Assembly: GCF_009914755.1 (NCBI RefSeq)
Contig: NC_060935.1
From: the human T2T-CHM13v2.0 reference genome, Homo sapiens
Strand: one strand, 5' to 3'
Length of the DNA: 64,000 nt
Every line of letters starts with the position of its first letter. The first letter of the stretch is position 1. Below the pieces are notes generated by a model, which saw nothing but the letters and a program-made list of their open reading frames with translations, searched no databases and was not told where the DNA came from. Of this stretch, positions 1 to 12,930 are shown in pieces. The translations under genes were made by a program, and so were the position numbers.

Positions 1-182
1 TCTGCACATCAAATTATCATGATATATAGTATTTTTAAACTGAATTCTAAATGAATCTTACAGGACACTTTTTTTTTTTTCTTTTCTCTCTTTTTACAAT
101 TCTTTGGCAATATATGACAGATGCTTAAAGTACAGAGGGAAATTGCAGAATTTATCTAGAAGATTTATCTCTTATTTTACAG

Positions 183-257
183 GCGCAGCAGCTTACTGAT
201 CTGGAACAAAAATTAGCTGTAGCCAAAAATGAACTGGAGAAAGCAGCTCTTGACAGG
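183..257 (+). CDS. LUZP2: Internal coding exon of leucine zipper protein 2 (AQQLTDLEQKLAVAKNELEKAALDR), 75 nt, phase 0/0
   Basis: Acceptor ttattttacAG (181-182) and donor GTAAGT (258-263). The heptad-like peptide matches the recalled LUZP2 sequence and joins in frame to the exon at 6713. Confidence 0.93.
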
Positions 258-298
258 GTAAGTCTACATTCATGAACCATTACAACTGTAGTTTTAGC

Positions 299-320
299 AA
301 AAAAAAAAAAAAAAAAAAAA
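299..320 (+). repeat. A22 homopolymer just downstream of the exon donor
   Basis: Directly visible. Confidence 0.95.
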
Positions 321-3300
321 GTTAAAGTATGCTCATTGCTTTTCTTGATTTATTAATGTGTTTCTAGATGCTGTGTATATAAGATAGTTACAGAATTCAG
401 GAAGGTTTGATATCTTCTTTGGAATCCAACTATTTCTTTGTTTTTGCTGCTACAGTAAACTGACTGAAGGTTCAGTCTTTGTGAGTTCATGGCTCCATTT
501 TTCACCTCACTGGTATATTTATTCCATAATACCATGAATAAACATGCTTTAAAGCATCAACTAAGGCACTATGTATTAACTCTAGGTGAATGAGTTATGA
601 AGCAAAAGGAAGTAATTATTGGCATCAAATTGTTATAACCAGTTTTTGAATGCATGTATCTTATAATTTATACTTATCTATATTTACTTAGAAACATGCA
701 CAAGAACACTGAATATAGCAATGTTTATATTAATAATAAATGGAAGTAATTTAACTGTTTACTGTAAGATAATTAATGCACCTATTTTTAAATATTTTCT
801 ATACTCAAATTTGGAAATAGTAATTAAAATATAATATTAACAAATATACATAAATGTGTTTTATCAATATTGATATACCTACAACATATAATGTTCAATG
901 AGAAAAGCAGAATTATATGTATAATATTTAACAGTTGTTTAAATACACAAAACACATTTTTAAAAATTACATACAATGTAAAAAGATAATGTGTATGTAG
1001 AAATTTGACATGTATATAGAAAGATACAGTCACATAAAATTCATGGATACAATTGCGTTTGGGGAAAAACAGTAAAATAACACCAGGGATGTTTACAAAG
1101 AGCACTTCTGCTGTACCATAAATATTTTATCCTCCAATAATTGTACATATACAAGCAATCTTTAATTCATACACCACATATATGTACATTTTATCCATTA
1201 CATACATGCATTATATATGTATACATGTAAACTTCCATTACATATATGCTTTACATATGTATGTATACATACATTAGATATAGGTAATAAATATATGTAT
1301 GTTGCACATATGCCCATAATATGTATGTATATATACACTATGTTTAACATTATAGAAAATGATATATGTAACAAGTATATATGTATTTTATTATCAAAAT
1401 TTTGCTTTTAACACTTAATTCAGATAGATATTTACTTGATATTTATTATGTTTCTCTCTATCTGCTTCTATTGTTTTTAATTTTTTTTTTAATTAAAGGA
1501 AATACTCTGATGTCAAGGGCTTTCTATTTTTGTGGTCACAGCTTAGTAACCATTTATTTGCGAAAATTAAGCAAGTAAGATGATTGCAATTATAAACTTA
1601 TTTTGCAATAATTCATTTATTTTGCAATAGTACACTGTATACGTTTAGCAATTTTGTAAGGAAAGGAGCTTACCTTCTAACCATCAGTTTGTACCATAGT
1701 TATTTTAGTATAAAATAGAGGGGAGCTTGCCCCCTATTTTGTGAATTAGGTCAAGTATAATTTGTCTTATTAAGATCCCAGCATTATAAGATTTTAAAAA
1801 AATTTATATAAAACAAATTTATACCAATTTAAGCTAATCTCTGACCATATCCAACTTATGCCAATTATTACTTTTAAAAAATGTATATAACTCATTATAA
1901 CATTGGTGGAATCAGAGAATCAGAGGCATATATAATTCTAAAGCTCAAGTAGGCCACCTTTGTTTTAGTCCTTTCTCTGACATTCCTGTACAGTCGCTGC
2001 AATATTGTTTAAATCCTAGAAAATCATTAGATTCCCATGATTCTGAAGCAGTCTGGTCTTCTCTGAGTTGTTACCCTCTCTGGTTCTTGGAATATTCTTC
2101 GTTATATTAAATGTTCTCCCGATTTGACTTCACATAATCCTTTTAGTCAGTCAATGACTAAATAGCTTTGAAATGCCTTTTTTGTGGCCATCCTATGCTA
2201 GGTACAAGGGAAAATAGAAAATATATGACACAAGGTCTTGGGTCCCATATCTCTCACAATTTTGTTTAGCACTAACAATTAGGGAATAATTGTATACTGA
2301 GACATGAGGCAACAGAAGCACAGAGAATGGATATGTATTTTCTAAGTACCTGTGGGTCATAGGGCACGGTATAGTCACAAAACACTTTATTTTGCAACTG
2401 GAATTTGGCCTGAGTCACAGAGCTCAGGGTTAGTGTAGAGTTGTTCCTCCATCTTTAGTTGTACATATTCTTACCCATTCAATGCTCTTCTCCTCCCAAT
2501 TCCACCTCCCAACCCCTGTCATTATGTCCCTAAATTTCAGGATGAGAGGCTGATGTTGTAGTGGTTAAATAATGGTCTCCAGAGATAGTCTACTTGTGTT
2601 CAAATCATGACTCTTTGACTGAATGACCATGTTCAAATTCCTCAAAATCTTTATGTCTCACTGGAAATAACAATAAACTTTATTTATAATGGTGATGAGA
2701 AAATTACACGTAGCCAAAAATTACAGTACTAGGTACAATGCCTGGAAAACATTCATTAAATAAGCTTAGAAGTTATTATTGTTACTGAATGAGATCACAG
2801 ACTGCTTCTCTGTGATAACAATTCCCTCTTTAACCTTCAGATCTTGTCACGCCTTTTAGTAACTATAAATGCCTTTCATATTACTGGAGGCTGATTTTAA
2901 CAAATCTCATGTAAGATACATATGAGGTTCATAATCTATAGCCATAAAGTTAGATAGAAATGCTAGTTGACTTCAAAATGGATAAAAACTACAGTTTAAT
3001 GAAATAGATTTTCCCCTCTCTCCATCATCTTTATATGAGGCTTTTAAAATACTATTTGAGTATTTAGTTCCCAAGAATATAATATCTGGAATTTAAATAA
3101 CCTTAAGTACTTCATACGTATTATGAAAAACTCTTAACACTTCAACTTGATTCTTATGACATATTTAATGAAAGAAGTCTCAGTTTAGTATCTCAGTATA
3201 AACAATAATAATATCAAGAGCTAAGAATCAGCCTTGAGTTTCCCATCAGTTATTTATTTGGCAGTATCTTATGAATTATATATAGTTGGCCTCAGCTACT

Positions 3301-4833
3301 GGAATATAAAAGAAGCTTTATGCTAAGAAAAATCTCTCAAACTTTTACACTAAAAATGTTTGTATAGTATCTGTCCCTCACACCCGGGAAAGCATACATT
3401 ATTACATCCATATTACAGATGACAAAGGTAGGGTAAGTGACCTACACAGACTCCAATGACTGAGTAATACAGAATGAGAAATCTTTTTGCAACCACACAG
3501 TGTCTGGCACATAGCAGGAATATAATAAATACTTCTTAATTAAAAATAAAGACCTGACCTAAATGAGTAAACATTCTAGTCATCCCACATACATGGGACC
3601 TGAATATCACTGGAGCAGAGGTCTCAAAATATTGAATGACTTTCCCGGGCTCTCTGAGCTGATTTCATGGCAGAAATAAAGTTAGGGAGAAAGTGTTTGG
3701 CCTCACAGTCTCTCATGGTCTTTCCAAAGCTGGCAGTTCAGGACTTGGTGTCTTCATTTAAAAGAGTTAAGGTAACATGAAAAACATCTTGTAAAGTTTC
3801 ATTTATGTAGAGTTTAGATATTAGGGGCACAGTTGTCTTTGCAAGGTATATCTTGTTGTCCCCAGACAAAATGCATTTTTTTCTGAGAAAAGTACTAACA
3901 CACACCAAAAAAACCTACCTCCTAAATTTTCCACCATCTTAAGATCACATATGAGAAATACTTTCTTATAAAATTTTCATATTATACAGTGTAAATGGTA
4001 GTATTTTTTAATATATGAAATAATTTCTTATCTAATATATAAGATAAAATGATAAATATTTCATCATTTTCTCTTGTAACAAAACACTAACCTATATTCT
4101 CTGGAGGCTTTGCTTAATTTTTTATATAACAAGCGTGTGTTGTGTTAGAAACTGATGATGCCACAGAAAGGATACCAGCCTTCAAAAAAGTTTGTTAAAA
4201 GTGAACATTAAACATAAAAACAACAAGATGATTTGAAATGATGGTAAGGACTAAATAAGATATAAAGGTAGAAAATATAATAACAACTTTAGGAAAGAAG
4301 CATTCCTGGAAAGGGTGATAGGGGCTGTTTGCATGAAAATAGTTTGTGAGCTGAGACATACATTTTAAGTGGCAGTTTCTATATGGGTATTTGGAAGAAG
4401 GGTTCTGCAAGCAGAGGAAGCAGCATTTGTAAAGGCTCTAATATGGAAATGAGTTTGGGATGCTTGAGGGTCTATACACAAAGGATATTGTGATAAACAG
4501 GGCATTTTCATTAAGCAACTTGCATTTTACTATCACATTTTAAAACAAGTAGGAAAAGTGGTGTGCTGCAGGGAGCGGAAAGACAGAGCAAAAACAAGAC
4601 TGGCTGTACATGGTTTACATCATATTTCATTAGGTGACAGCTTGTTTTAGCAAACTTCAAAGTAAACAGTAGCCTGCAGTTGAAAACAAATGACACCTAA
4701 CAGTATAAATAAAAATGTAATGCCATCGTGGTGTAAAATCATCCTCTGGGTTTTGCTCATGGAACTGAGTCAAGCCAAACCTGAGTAGTATGAGTAATAG
4801 GCTCTGTTAAGTTAGAGGAACTTAATGGGCAGT

Positions 4834-5215
4834 AGGTAAGGGGTGGGCAATTCGGACCTGAGGGTTTCCCCCATTTTTAGACCATATAGGGTAACTTTGT
4901 GACCTTGTCATAGCATTTGTAAAATGTCATGGTACTGGTGGGGGTGTCTTTTAGCATGCTAATGCATTGTAATTAGTATATAATGAGCAGTGAGGATGAC
5001 CAGTGGTCACCCTCATTGCCATCTAGGTTTTGGGGGTTTTGGCTGGTTTCTTGACTGTAATCTGTTTTATCAGAAGGGTCTTTATGACCTATATCTCGTG
5101 TTGACCTCTTATCTCACCCTGTGACTTTGAATGCCTAACCTGGGAATGCAGCCCAGTAGGTCTAAGCCCAGCCTCTATTCAAGATGGAGTTGCTCTGGTT
5201 CAAACGCCCCTGACG
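4834..5215 (-). mobile_element. MER41B-like ERV1 LTR, 5' ~400 bp only
   Basis: Reverse complement starts cGTCAGGGGCGTTTGAACCAGAGCAACTCCATCTTGAATAG and follows the recalled MER41B consensus until it is truncated. Confidence 0.85.
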
Positions 5216-5395
5216 CTGTTACCTAACAAGGCCCAGAGGAAATGAGAGTTTTATCAGAGACAAATTTGTTTTTACCATTATGTGGGGAAATCGAGTAGAG
5301 ATATAGGCTAATCTGAGAAACACAAGAATCTACATTGCTATGGCAACGATTCTAAATACAGAAAGTTGATGCAGAAAGAAAGATGGCAAGTTTCA

Positions 5396-6363
5396 TCAAC
5401 AGAGTAAACAGACAACCTATAGAATAGGTGGAAATATTTGCAAAGTATGCATCTGACAAAGGTCTAATATCCAGCATATACAAGGAATTTAAATTTTTAA
5501 GAGAAAAACAAACAACCTCATTAAAAAATAGGCAAAGGACATGAACAGACACTTTTCAAAAGAAGACACACATGTGGCCAACAAGCATATGAAAAAAGCT
5601 CAATATCACTAATTATTAGAGAAACGCAAATCAAAATCACAATGAGATACTATCTCACACCAGTCAGAATGGCTGTTATTAAAAAGTTAAAAAATAACAG
5701 ATGGTTGTGAGGTTGCAGAGAAAAGGGAAGACTTATGTAGTTAGTGGGAGTGTAAATTAGTTCAGCCATTGTGGAAAGCAGTATGGCGATTCCTCAAAGA
5801 GGTAAAAGCAGAACTATCATTTGACCCAGCCATCCCGTTACTGGGTATACACCAAGAGGAATATACATTTTTCTTCCATAAAGACACATGCATGTGAGTG
5901 ATCATTGCAGCACTATTCACAATAACAAAGACATAGAATCAACCTAAATGCCCTTCAATGACAGATTGGATAAATAATATGTGACACATATACACCATGG
6001 AATAGTATCCAGCCATAAAAAAGAATGAGATCATGTCTTTTGCAGGAACTTGGATGGAGCTGGAGTCTATTATCCTTAGAAAACTAATGCAGGTACAGAA
6101 AACTAAATACCCACCACTCCCACAAGGGAGCTAAATGATGAGAACTTAGGAAGACAAAGAAGGAAACAACGGATGCTGGGGTCTACTTGAGGGTGGAGGA
6201 TGAGAGAAGGGAGAAGAGTAGAGTGGAGTAGAAAGGACAACTGCTGGGTACTGGGCTGAGGACCTGGGAGATGAAATAATCTGTACAACAAACCCTCATG
6301 ACACAAATTTACCTATTTAACAAACCTTCATACATGTCCCCAAACCTAAAATAAAAGTTAAAT
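5396..6363 (+). mobile_element. 5'-truncated older L1PA (about L1PA13-16) 3' end
   Basis: ORF2 C-terminus and 3'UTR similarity, A-rich end. TSD aaagatggcaagtttca (5379-5395) / aaagatggtaactttca (6364-6380). Confidence 0.9.
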
Positions 6364-6712
6364 AAAGATGGTAACTTTCAAAAAAGGATATTTTCTACAT
6401 CAGAGTAACCTAGAGTATATTTCCTTTCCTGCAAACTATCATGGTGGAAATCATGTCAGTTCAAGAGAAAGTAATAAGACATATCTTTGTATTTCAGTGT
6501 TCAAAATATATCATGAAATGCATTAGCTCCTAGAAACAGACTGAATGTGGATATAAAAGTATGTCATAATGAAATTTATAAATTAGGCAATTACATTTGA
6601 AAAGTGATATGTATTTTTGTGGGGAGTATAGGCTAAGAGGAAAGGGAGAATGCAAGCAGATAATTGATGAGCATAGCTAAATGTAAATATGTTAATGCCT
6701 CTTTTTTTGTAG

Positions 6713-6880
6713 GAGTCACAGATGAAAGCAATGAAAGAGACTGTGCAGCTCTGCTTGACATCTGTTTTCCGTGATCAGCCTCCTCCCCCTTTGAGTTTAA
6801 TCACATCAAATCCAACTCGGATGTTACTCCCACCCAGGAATATTGCCTCTAAGCTTCCAGATGCAGCGGCCAAAAGCAAG
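6713..6880 (+). CDS. LUZP2: Next internal coding exon of LUZP2 (ESQMKAMKETVQLCLTSVFRDQPPPPLSLITSNPTRMLLPPRNIASKLPDAAAKSK), 168 nt, phase 0/0
   Basis: Acceptor ctctttttttgtAG (6711-6712) and donor AAG|GTACCT (6881). Overlaps ORF 6722..6913 and continues the recalled LUZP2 protein. Confidence 0.93.
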
Positions 6881-7279
6881 GTACCTACCTTTTATTTGCG
6901 CTTTGTAAAGTAACAGCAAGTAATGTGTTGTCTTTAAAGCCCAGTATATATAATCACCAGAGTGGATTCAAGTATGATAACAAATCCATTGAAAGATTAG
7001 GAGGAAAATGGAAGGTAGTAACCCAGCTTGTAAAATCTCCATAGTCACTAGAAGAATGTTGGAAGGGAGCTTTTCTTTCATAGAGAGCCTAGCTGATTCT
7101 TAGGCAGAATCATCTAATTGTTTAACACAAAACAAAAACTAATAATGTTGGAATAAGTTAAAAGAGAATATCTTGTATTACATTGAAATAAACATCACAG
7201 GTTTGATATGGGGAATATTTTCTTCTGGGGCACAAGTATCTTCAGAAAGGTAAATCATTTTTTTTTTCTTAAGTCCACA

Positions 7280-7490
7280 ACTCTCAACACTGGCTGCACA
7301 TTAGAATCTTAGTGTAAATATTTTTAAAAGTGTGCTTAGGTGTATTTACATTAAAAAAAAGCCTTACTCCTGGGGTTTTTTTTCCCAGACCTATTAAATT
7401 AGATTTTTTTTTTTTTGAGTTAGACTCCAGTTATCAGTAATTTTTCAAAGTCCCAGGGGATTTTAAGGTGCGTTCAAGTTTAAGGACAAC
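7280..7490. mobile_element. MER5-like hAT-Charlie DNA transposon relic
   Basis: ctctcaacactggctgcacattagaatc ... cccaggggattttaagg ... tttaaggacaac resembles MER5 termini. Confidence 0.5.
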
Positions 7491-8106
7491 TCATTTGAGC
7501 AAATCTTCCTCCAAATTCCCTCCACCAACCTACTTTAGACAAAACAAAGAACATTTAATGGTGCTTTTGTTTCAATCTTCAAAAACTTCAATTTGTAGGC
7601 CCTACATACATTGAAATAAATCCTGAGAGCCAGAAATAATCTTTGGGGAAGGGAATTTTGTTTTGGGCAGTATGTTGGAAAGATCTAGTTCTCTGATCAC
7701 TTGTCTGAGCATCACTTGTTATTAAAATGAGTGCTATGGATACCAGCCTGACTTCTAAATGCAAATCTCAAGGGTTGAGTGCAGAAAAACTTAAGAACCA
7801 CTAATGCAAATACCTAATGATGTGTTACATCTGGCTTTCTTACTGCTTACTTCCGAGATTTCCTATTTTTGAATTAAAGTGGGTAGATTAGGGAAATGCT
7901 ATTTTCAGGATGGAGAGTCATAAATAATAGAATGAAGTAAATCTTCTGATATACTGTTTTTATGTGTAACTAGTCAACTTATGAACTACAAAGATTTAGT
8001 CTGTATGAGATCCTTATGTAATATTAATGTTTCTCTTTTAAAAATTATTCAAAACAATGTATTCAACTATATTATATTATTGTCTGTGTTTTTATATGTA
8101 AATTAC

Positions 8107-8112
<6 letters not shown>

Positions 8113-8153
<41 letters not shown>
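8113..8153. repeat. (TA)n microsatellite
   Basis: Directly visible. Confidence 0.95.
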
Positions 8154-8159
<6 letters not shown>

Positions 8160-9757
8160 GTGAATTTTAAAAGCCACAAGTTCACGAAGGGAGGAGTACA
8201 AAATTGCAAGGGTTTACTAGAAAAAGGTTAAAAATAATTAATATATCAGTACCCCCACCATTTAAATTTATTGTTTTTATTATGGTGCATACCTGTTACA
8301 TTCACTGTTAGAACTATAGCTTAAGTTTCTGCTGAGAGTCTTCAACGAAGTCCCTCAGATACCCTTTCATCATTACCCTTTATAAAATCGAGATGCAGGT
8401 TTCTCTCTGAGTGAATTATTTCTTACCCTCCCAGTTAGAATTATTTTTTCTTTCCTCAGTGCTTGCTTTGACAGCTGAGTGTTTACTACTCTTGGCCCTT
8501 GGTCATCCCTTGAATGTTACCTCTGCCTATGTCTTCCTTCTTCAGAGAGATGTCTGTGCTTAGCTCATTGATCTGTTTAATGTTATTTAGTGTCCAGAAT
8601 GATGTTTCTAGAAAATTCATTTGAAATACTTGTGGTATACCCTTCTTCTTCTTATAAATTTTCGTATAAATTCTTATAAATTTTACTTATTTGGAATTTA
8701 GAAAATTATACATTATTGTTTGTTTAGTGTTTTGTATTCAACTACATTGTTTTTCTTCTATGTACCAGTACTCTGCTAGTAACTAAGACAGCAAATTTCA
8801 AGTGACACAGCCCTCAACTTTTGGAGATTGCAGCCTAATTTTCTGTAAGAGACAACAAGAAAACTGCAGGATTTGTTCTTAGTAGTAGATCAGGTCATCT
8901 TCTGTTTGTTTCCTTGTTTGTTTTCTAGATACCTGGATACAAACACACAGGAGATGACGTATCTTTTATGTCTTTGTTATGATATTATATATTTGTTATG
9001 TAGAAAATAATATTCTTTCGAATATATAAAAAGTCAAGGTAGAAACCAGGGGATCTGATCTGCATTTTGCGTAAAACGACCCCAACTCCCAAACTAAAGT
9101 AGAAACAAATAAACCATGTGACAATCTTCTGACCTATGTAGGAGAGGATGGTGACCTACTTTATGTCACCAACACTGAAAATAGTATTCGAAATGTTATT
9201 GAGTCATAATAATTGTCATGACCTAGTGACTAAATGGGAAGCATGAAGGCAGGAAATCAAGAATAAAAGTCCTTGCATTCATTCACTATGATGTAAAGGG
9301 CAAGAGGAGGTTTTAAAAGGGAAGCCAAACTGGTTTGTTTCTAACCTGCTATGTTTTGGGTTTCTGTCATAAAACCAAGTGCCCGTATCCAGTAGATGAT
9401 TATGTATTTAAATCTGGAACTGAGGGAAGACATCTGAATAAGGATATTAGATTAGATATCATCACAATGAATAGGGTTAAATATTGGAAATAAATAAAAT
9501 TACCTGAAGAGACAGTATGGAGTGAAAAGAGATGAGGTCTGCAAAGTCACTAGACATGAGAAGTAACATGAGTATGGTTTTGTGTGTAAGCTAACAGAGG
9601 GAATGTTTATGACAAAAGTGCATTTATTCCCATTATTTTGCTGAGATACTCTCTAATGTATATTTAAGCTGAGAGCCATGACTTTTCTATGTCTATTTTG
9701 CTATTGCAAAAAATAGAGCATGCATGTCACTGTGTTTATTCAGAATGATAAATACTC

Positions 9758-10130
9758 CAGTGGTCTGTTGGAGCTGGCTTATACATGCTTGCAAAAGTTG
9801 ACTGTTAAATTTACAGAATTTGTACTATTCAACTGTTAAATACAGGCATTATTAAATATTATATTATATATACTTACAATTAAATAAATTCTACCAATGG
9901 CAATGTGGTAAATACCAAAGCTACTATATAGTGCCATAATCTGTGCTGTTCAGGATATTGTATATTTTGAATCTGTATAGTGGAAATACTATATAATAGT
10001 ATACTACTGTATATCTCTTTGCAATTTGTGTTCAATGACATCATGTTATCAGATTGAAATTGGTGACATTTATACTGTAGAAATTGACTAACACTATAAA
10101 TCAGGGTCCTCCTAACCCACAGAGCTAGTG
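9758..10130 (+). mobile_element. MER63-like hAT DNA transposon
   Basis: cagtggtctgttggagctggcttatac...gactgttaaattt...gccattattaaa-like motifs and the ...ctataaatcagggt end match the recalled MER63 consensus. Confidence 0.65.
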
Positions 10131-10140
10131 AATAGCATGC

Positions 10141-10143
<3 letters not shown>

Positions 10144-10172
<29 letters not shown>
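10144..10172. repeat. (TG)n microsatellite
   Basis: Directly visible. Confidence 0.95.
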
Positions 10173-10174
<2 letters not shown>

Positions 10175-10559
10175 CATTTAAGATAGGATTACTTGGCATT
10201 ATAGATAATATACAAAAAAAGTGACTAACATTTTTTCTACTGCTATGTGGTAGAGCTAGATGCACAGTAGTGCTCAGAAAAGGCAAATTAATAAACAAAA
10301 AGGCTTGTGTAATTAATAGCATTCTGAAAAAACTCACTTTGTATATCTATTGCAATATTTAATTATATTCATTTTTTATAAAATATATGCTTTATAGAAT
10401 TTGGAAAAAATAAATATAAAAGGAAGAACAGAAAACATATCACCAAGAATCCTACCACTTTTAGTTTAAAAGATATGAATTAATACACAGTAATATGTTT
10501 GGTGTTTATATTTGCATAATAGAACGTTTAAGAGGTAGGATTCATTAGTCAGACTAAGT

Positions 10560-10765
10560 AAAAATCTCTTTTCTGCTATTTTTTAATTTTAATACCTTGA
10601 TCAAATTACTTAACTTTTCTAAGACTCATCTTTCGTGTCTATTAAACGGAGATAATTACAGCACCAACCTTAGAAAGTTGTTGAGGAGATCACATACAAA
10701 AATTCACATAAAACATTAGCATATGTTGTGGTGCCTGACACACATAAAGCAGTCAATAAATACGT
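10560..10765 (+). mobile_element. MIR relic
   Basis: accttgatcaaattacttaacttttctaagactca...gttgttgaggagat...gtgcctgacacacataa...tcaataaat, MIR core-like. Confidence 0.6.
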
Positions 10766-11429
10766 GAAACAAGTATTAGGATCTCTTAAAGCCAGGATAA
10801 CATGAAAACACCTGAAGAAAATTTTTAGTGGGATGTTACTTTAACTTTGAATAAAGCTACACTATTTACATTGTATTATTTTTCAAGTGTTAGAATACAT
10901 TAATTCAAATAAGTGTAACTTCAGTTTTTTATCATAAAAGTATAGCAGAATCCTTACAATCCATTTAGTGTCAGGGATCATAATAGTACATGTCATAAAG
11001 AAAGGAGAATGTTTAAAGACACCAGAAATGAAAAGCAATTCAGATAAGCAATGCAGATAAACAGCAATGAAACTGTGCTATGAAAACCCATATGTCACGC
11101 CATCCCAGGCTATTACTGTTTCTTTTCTTTTTCTTTTCAACTCACTGCCTTAGTTGCAGTTTATATTGTTGAAGGTCACAACTGTGGTATCTACTTAATT
11201 GGAAAAGGATGATTTGTTAATTTTTGTTTAAATGTGTTGTAAATGCCAAAGTCTTTCCAGGGCAGGAGGCCCTGGAACGAATGGGGCTCTCTTTAGGAGC
11301 TTAAAGACATGCAAGTGAAAACTGCATTTTTCTTGGTGCCTGGAAGTTTAGATAGATCAAGGTACATTTTTCTTTTCCTCTTTTCTGCCAAAAATCTGTT
11401 ACAAAGTAGTTTTTTAAGAAACCTCAAAA

Positions 11430-11625
11430 CAGTGCACCTGGAATCATCATAAGCCAAGGTTCTGAGCCTAGGCGGCATCTTCAAATTATTATGGGCTTCA
11501 AAAATGCTCACACCTGGGTGTCAATACTCCTGATTCTGATACAATTTAGCAGGAGTTTAGGCTAGTTTTGGAGGTTATTCAAAAATCACAGATGATTCTA
11601 ATTTAGAGCCAAGGTTGAACATGAG
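11430..11625. mobile_element. MER5-like relic
   Basis: ggttctgagcctaggcggcatc...gattctgat...gatgattctaat...gccaaggttgaac. Confidence 0.45.
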
Positions 11626-12499
11626 TAAGATCCTTATTTTAGAAATGAGAAAGGACTCTAAGAAGTAAGCTTGCCCTATCTCTCTACTTCTCTGCTTCTA
11701 GAAGAGATTTCTCAAATAATACAGAGGTGATCAATTTTAAACAGTTCTGTTTTTCCACCTGCTGTCCATCAATCACTAACCATTTAGTTATCTCCAACAT
11801 CCCATGAACTATCCTCCATGTGAAAGGATGCATGAGGGAGGTGAGATCTCACAGTATGTGTTAAAGCCAATATTTCCTTTTCAACCTCCTTTTAATATTC
11901 AAAGCTTATAATACCATTCTGGAAGAAAGAACATGAATAGCATTAGAAGGTAAAATTTTTTTTCAGTGGGAAACAAGAGAGTCTATGTCTAGATATCCCT
12001 AATCAAACTCTATTCCCTAGGTTTCTGCAAAGGAAGTTGTAGTTCAGAGATAAAATCATGTTTCCTCACAACTTTCTAAAGGCATCACAGCCAATGTTCT
12101 TGTTACTTTATTATGAGACATGTTACTGAATGTTAGAAGAATCTATGGATGTAAAATACCGTGACTATATGCAAAGAGTAATTTAATTAACTATATAAAA
12201 TATGACTATGTAATGTGGTCCTTTATGAAATAGTGTTAAAGAAGACATGATTATGCATTTTATTATAAGATTCTTTTAACAGCCCTGATAAGCATCAGTA
12301 TGACCTTAAACTTGAATATGTTTTTCCTGAATCATACATTTAATAACTATGTATTAAGTAATTTGAGTATACAAAGCAATGCTTAGGGATATACGTGCTA
12401 TATTTCTTTTAGTTACTGTGACTATCCATAAGGACAATATCTTTTTTACATTCAAGAAGCTGGATATCGGAGTTTTAGAAGGTTATCTTCTAGGATTTT

Positions 12500-12930
12500 T
12501 GTATTGTGTTGTGTCCTCCAAGAAGACACAACACAGAATTATATTTGCAAGAGGTTTATTTGGAAAAATGCCTGTGAGAGAAAATAGGGAGGCAGCCATA
12601 GGAGGCCGGAAGAGCCATCAGGCCCCAGTGCAGATCTGATCATTCTGGAGCAGTGAGGGAAGAAAGAGGATCTAGATATAAAAAGGCTTAGATTCCTGTG
12701 CAGTTAAAAAAAAAAAAAAGAAAAGAAAAACAACTTTGGCAAATGTCAATGGGAAGCCATCGTATAAAAGTCATCCATCAGATGAGTCCCCATATTTTAT
12801 GGGAATGGGCTACCTTACTAGCCCTGTTGCATCACATGCGGGGGAAGTCACAGTTTAGCAAATGGGGCTTTCAGTCAATTATGCTCCCCGCAGTGGGAAA
12901 TCTGAGAGGTTCCATGTTGGTGGACTGTAT
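12500..12930 (-). mobile_element. Old ERVL-class LTR fragment (LTR16/LTR41-like)
   Basis: gcaagaggtttatttgg...atgcctgtgagagaaaataggg...gagccatcagg pattern. Subfamily uncertain. Confidence 0.45.

Noticed and set aside
299-320. A-tract as a transcript 3' end
   Set aside because: It is genomically encoded and would cause oligo-dT internal priming artefacts.
4830-4840. AG|GTAAG as a recursive splice site (also near 62190)
   Set aside because: No convincing polypyrimidine tract, and both lie at or within repeats.
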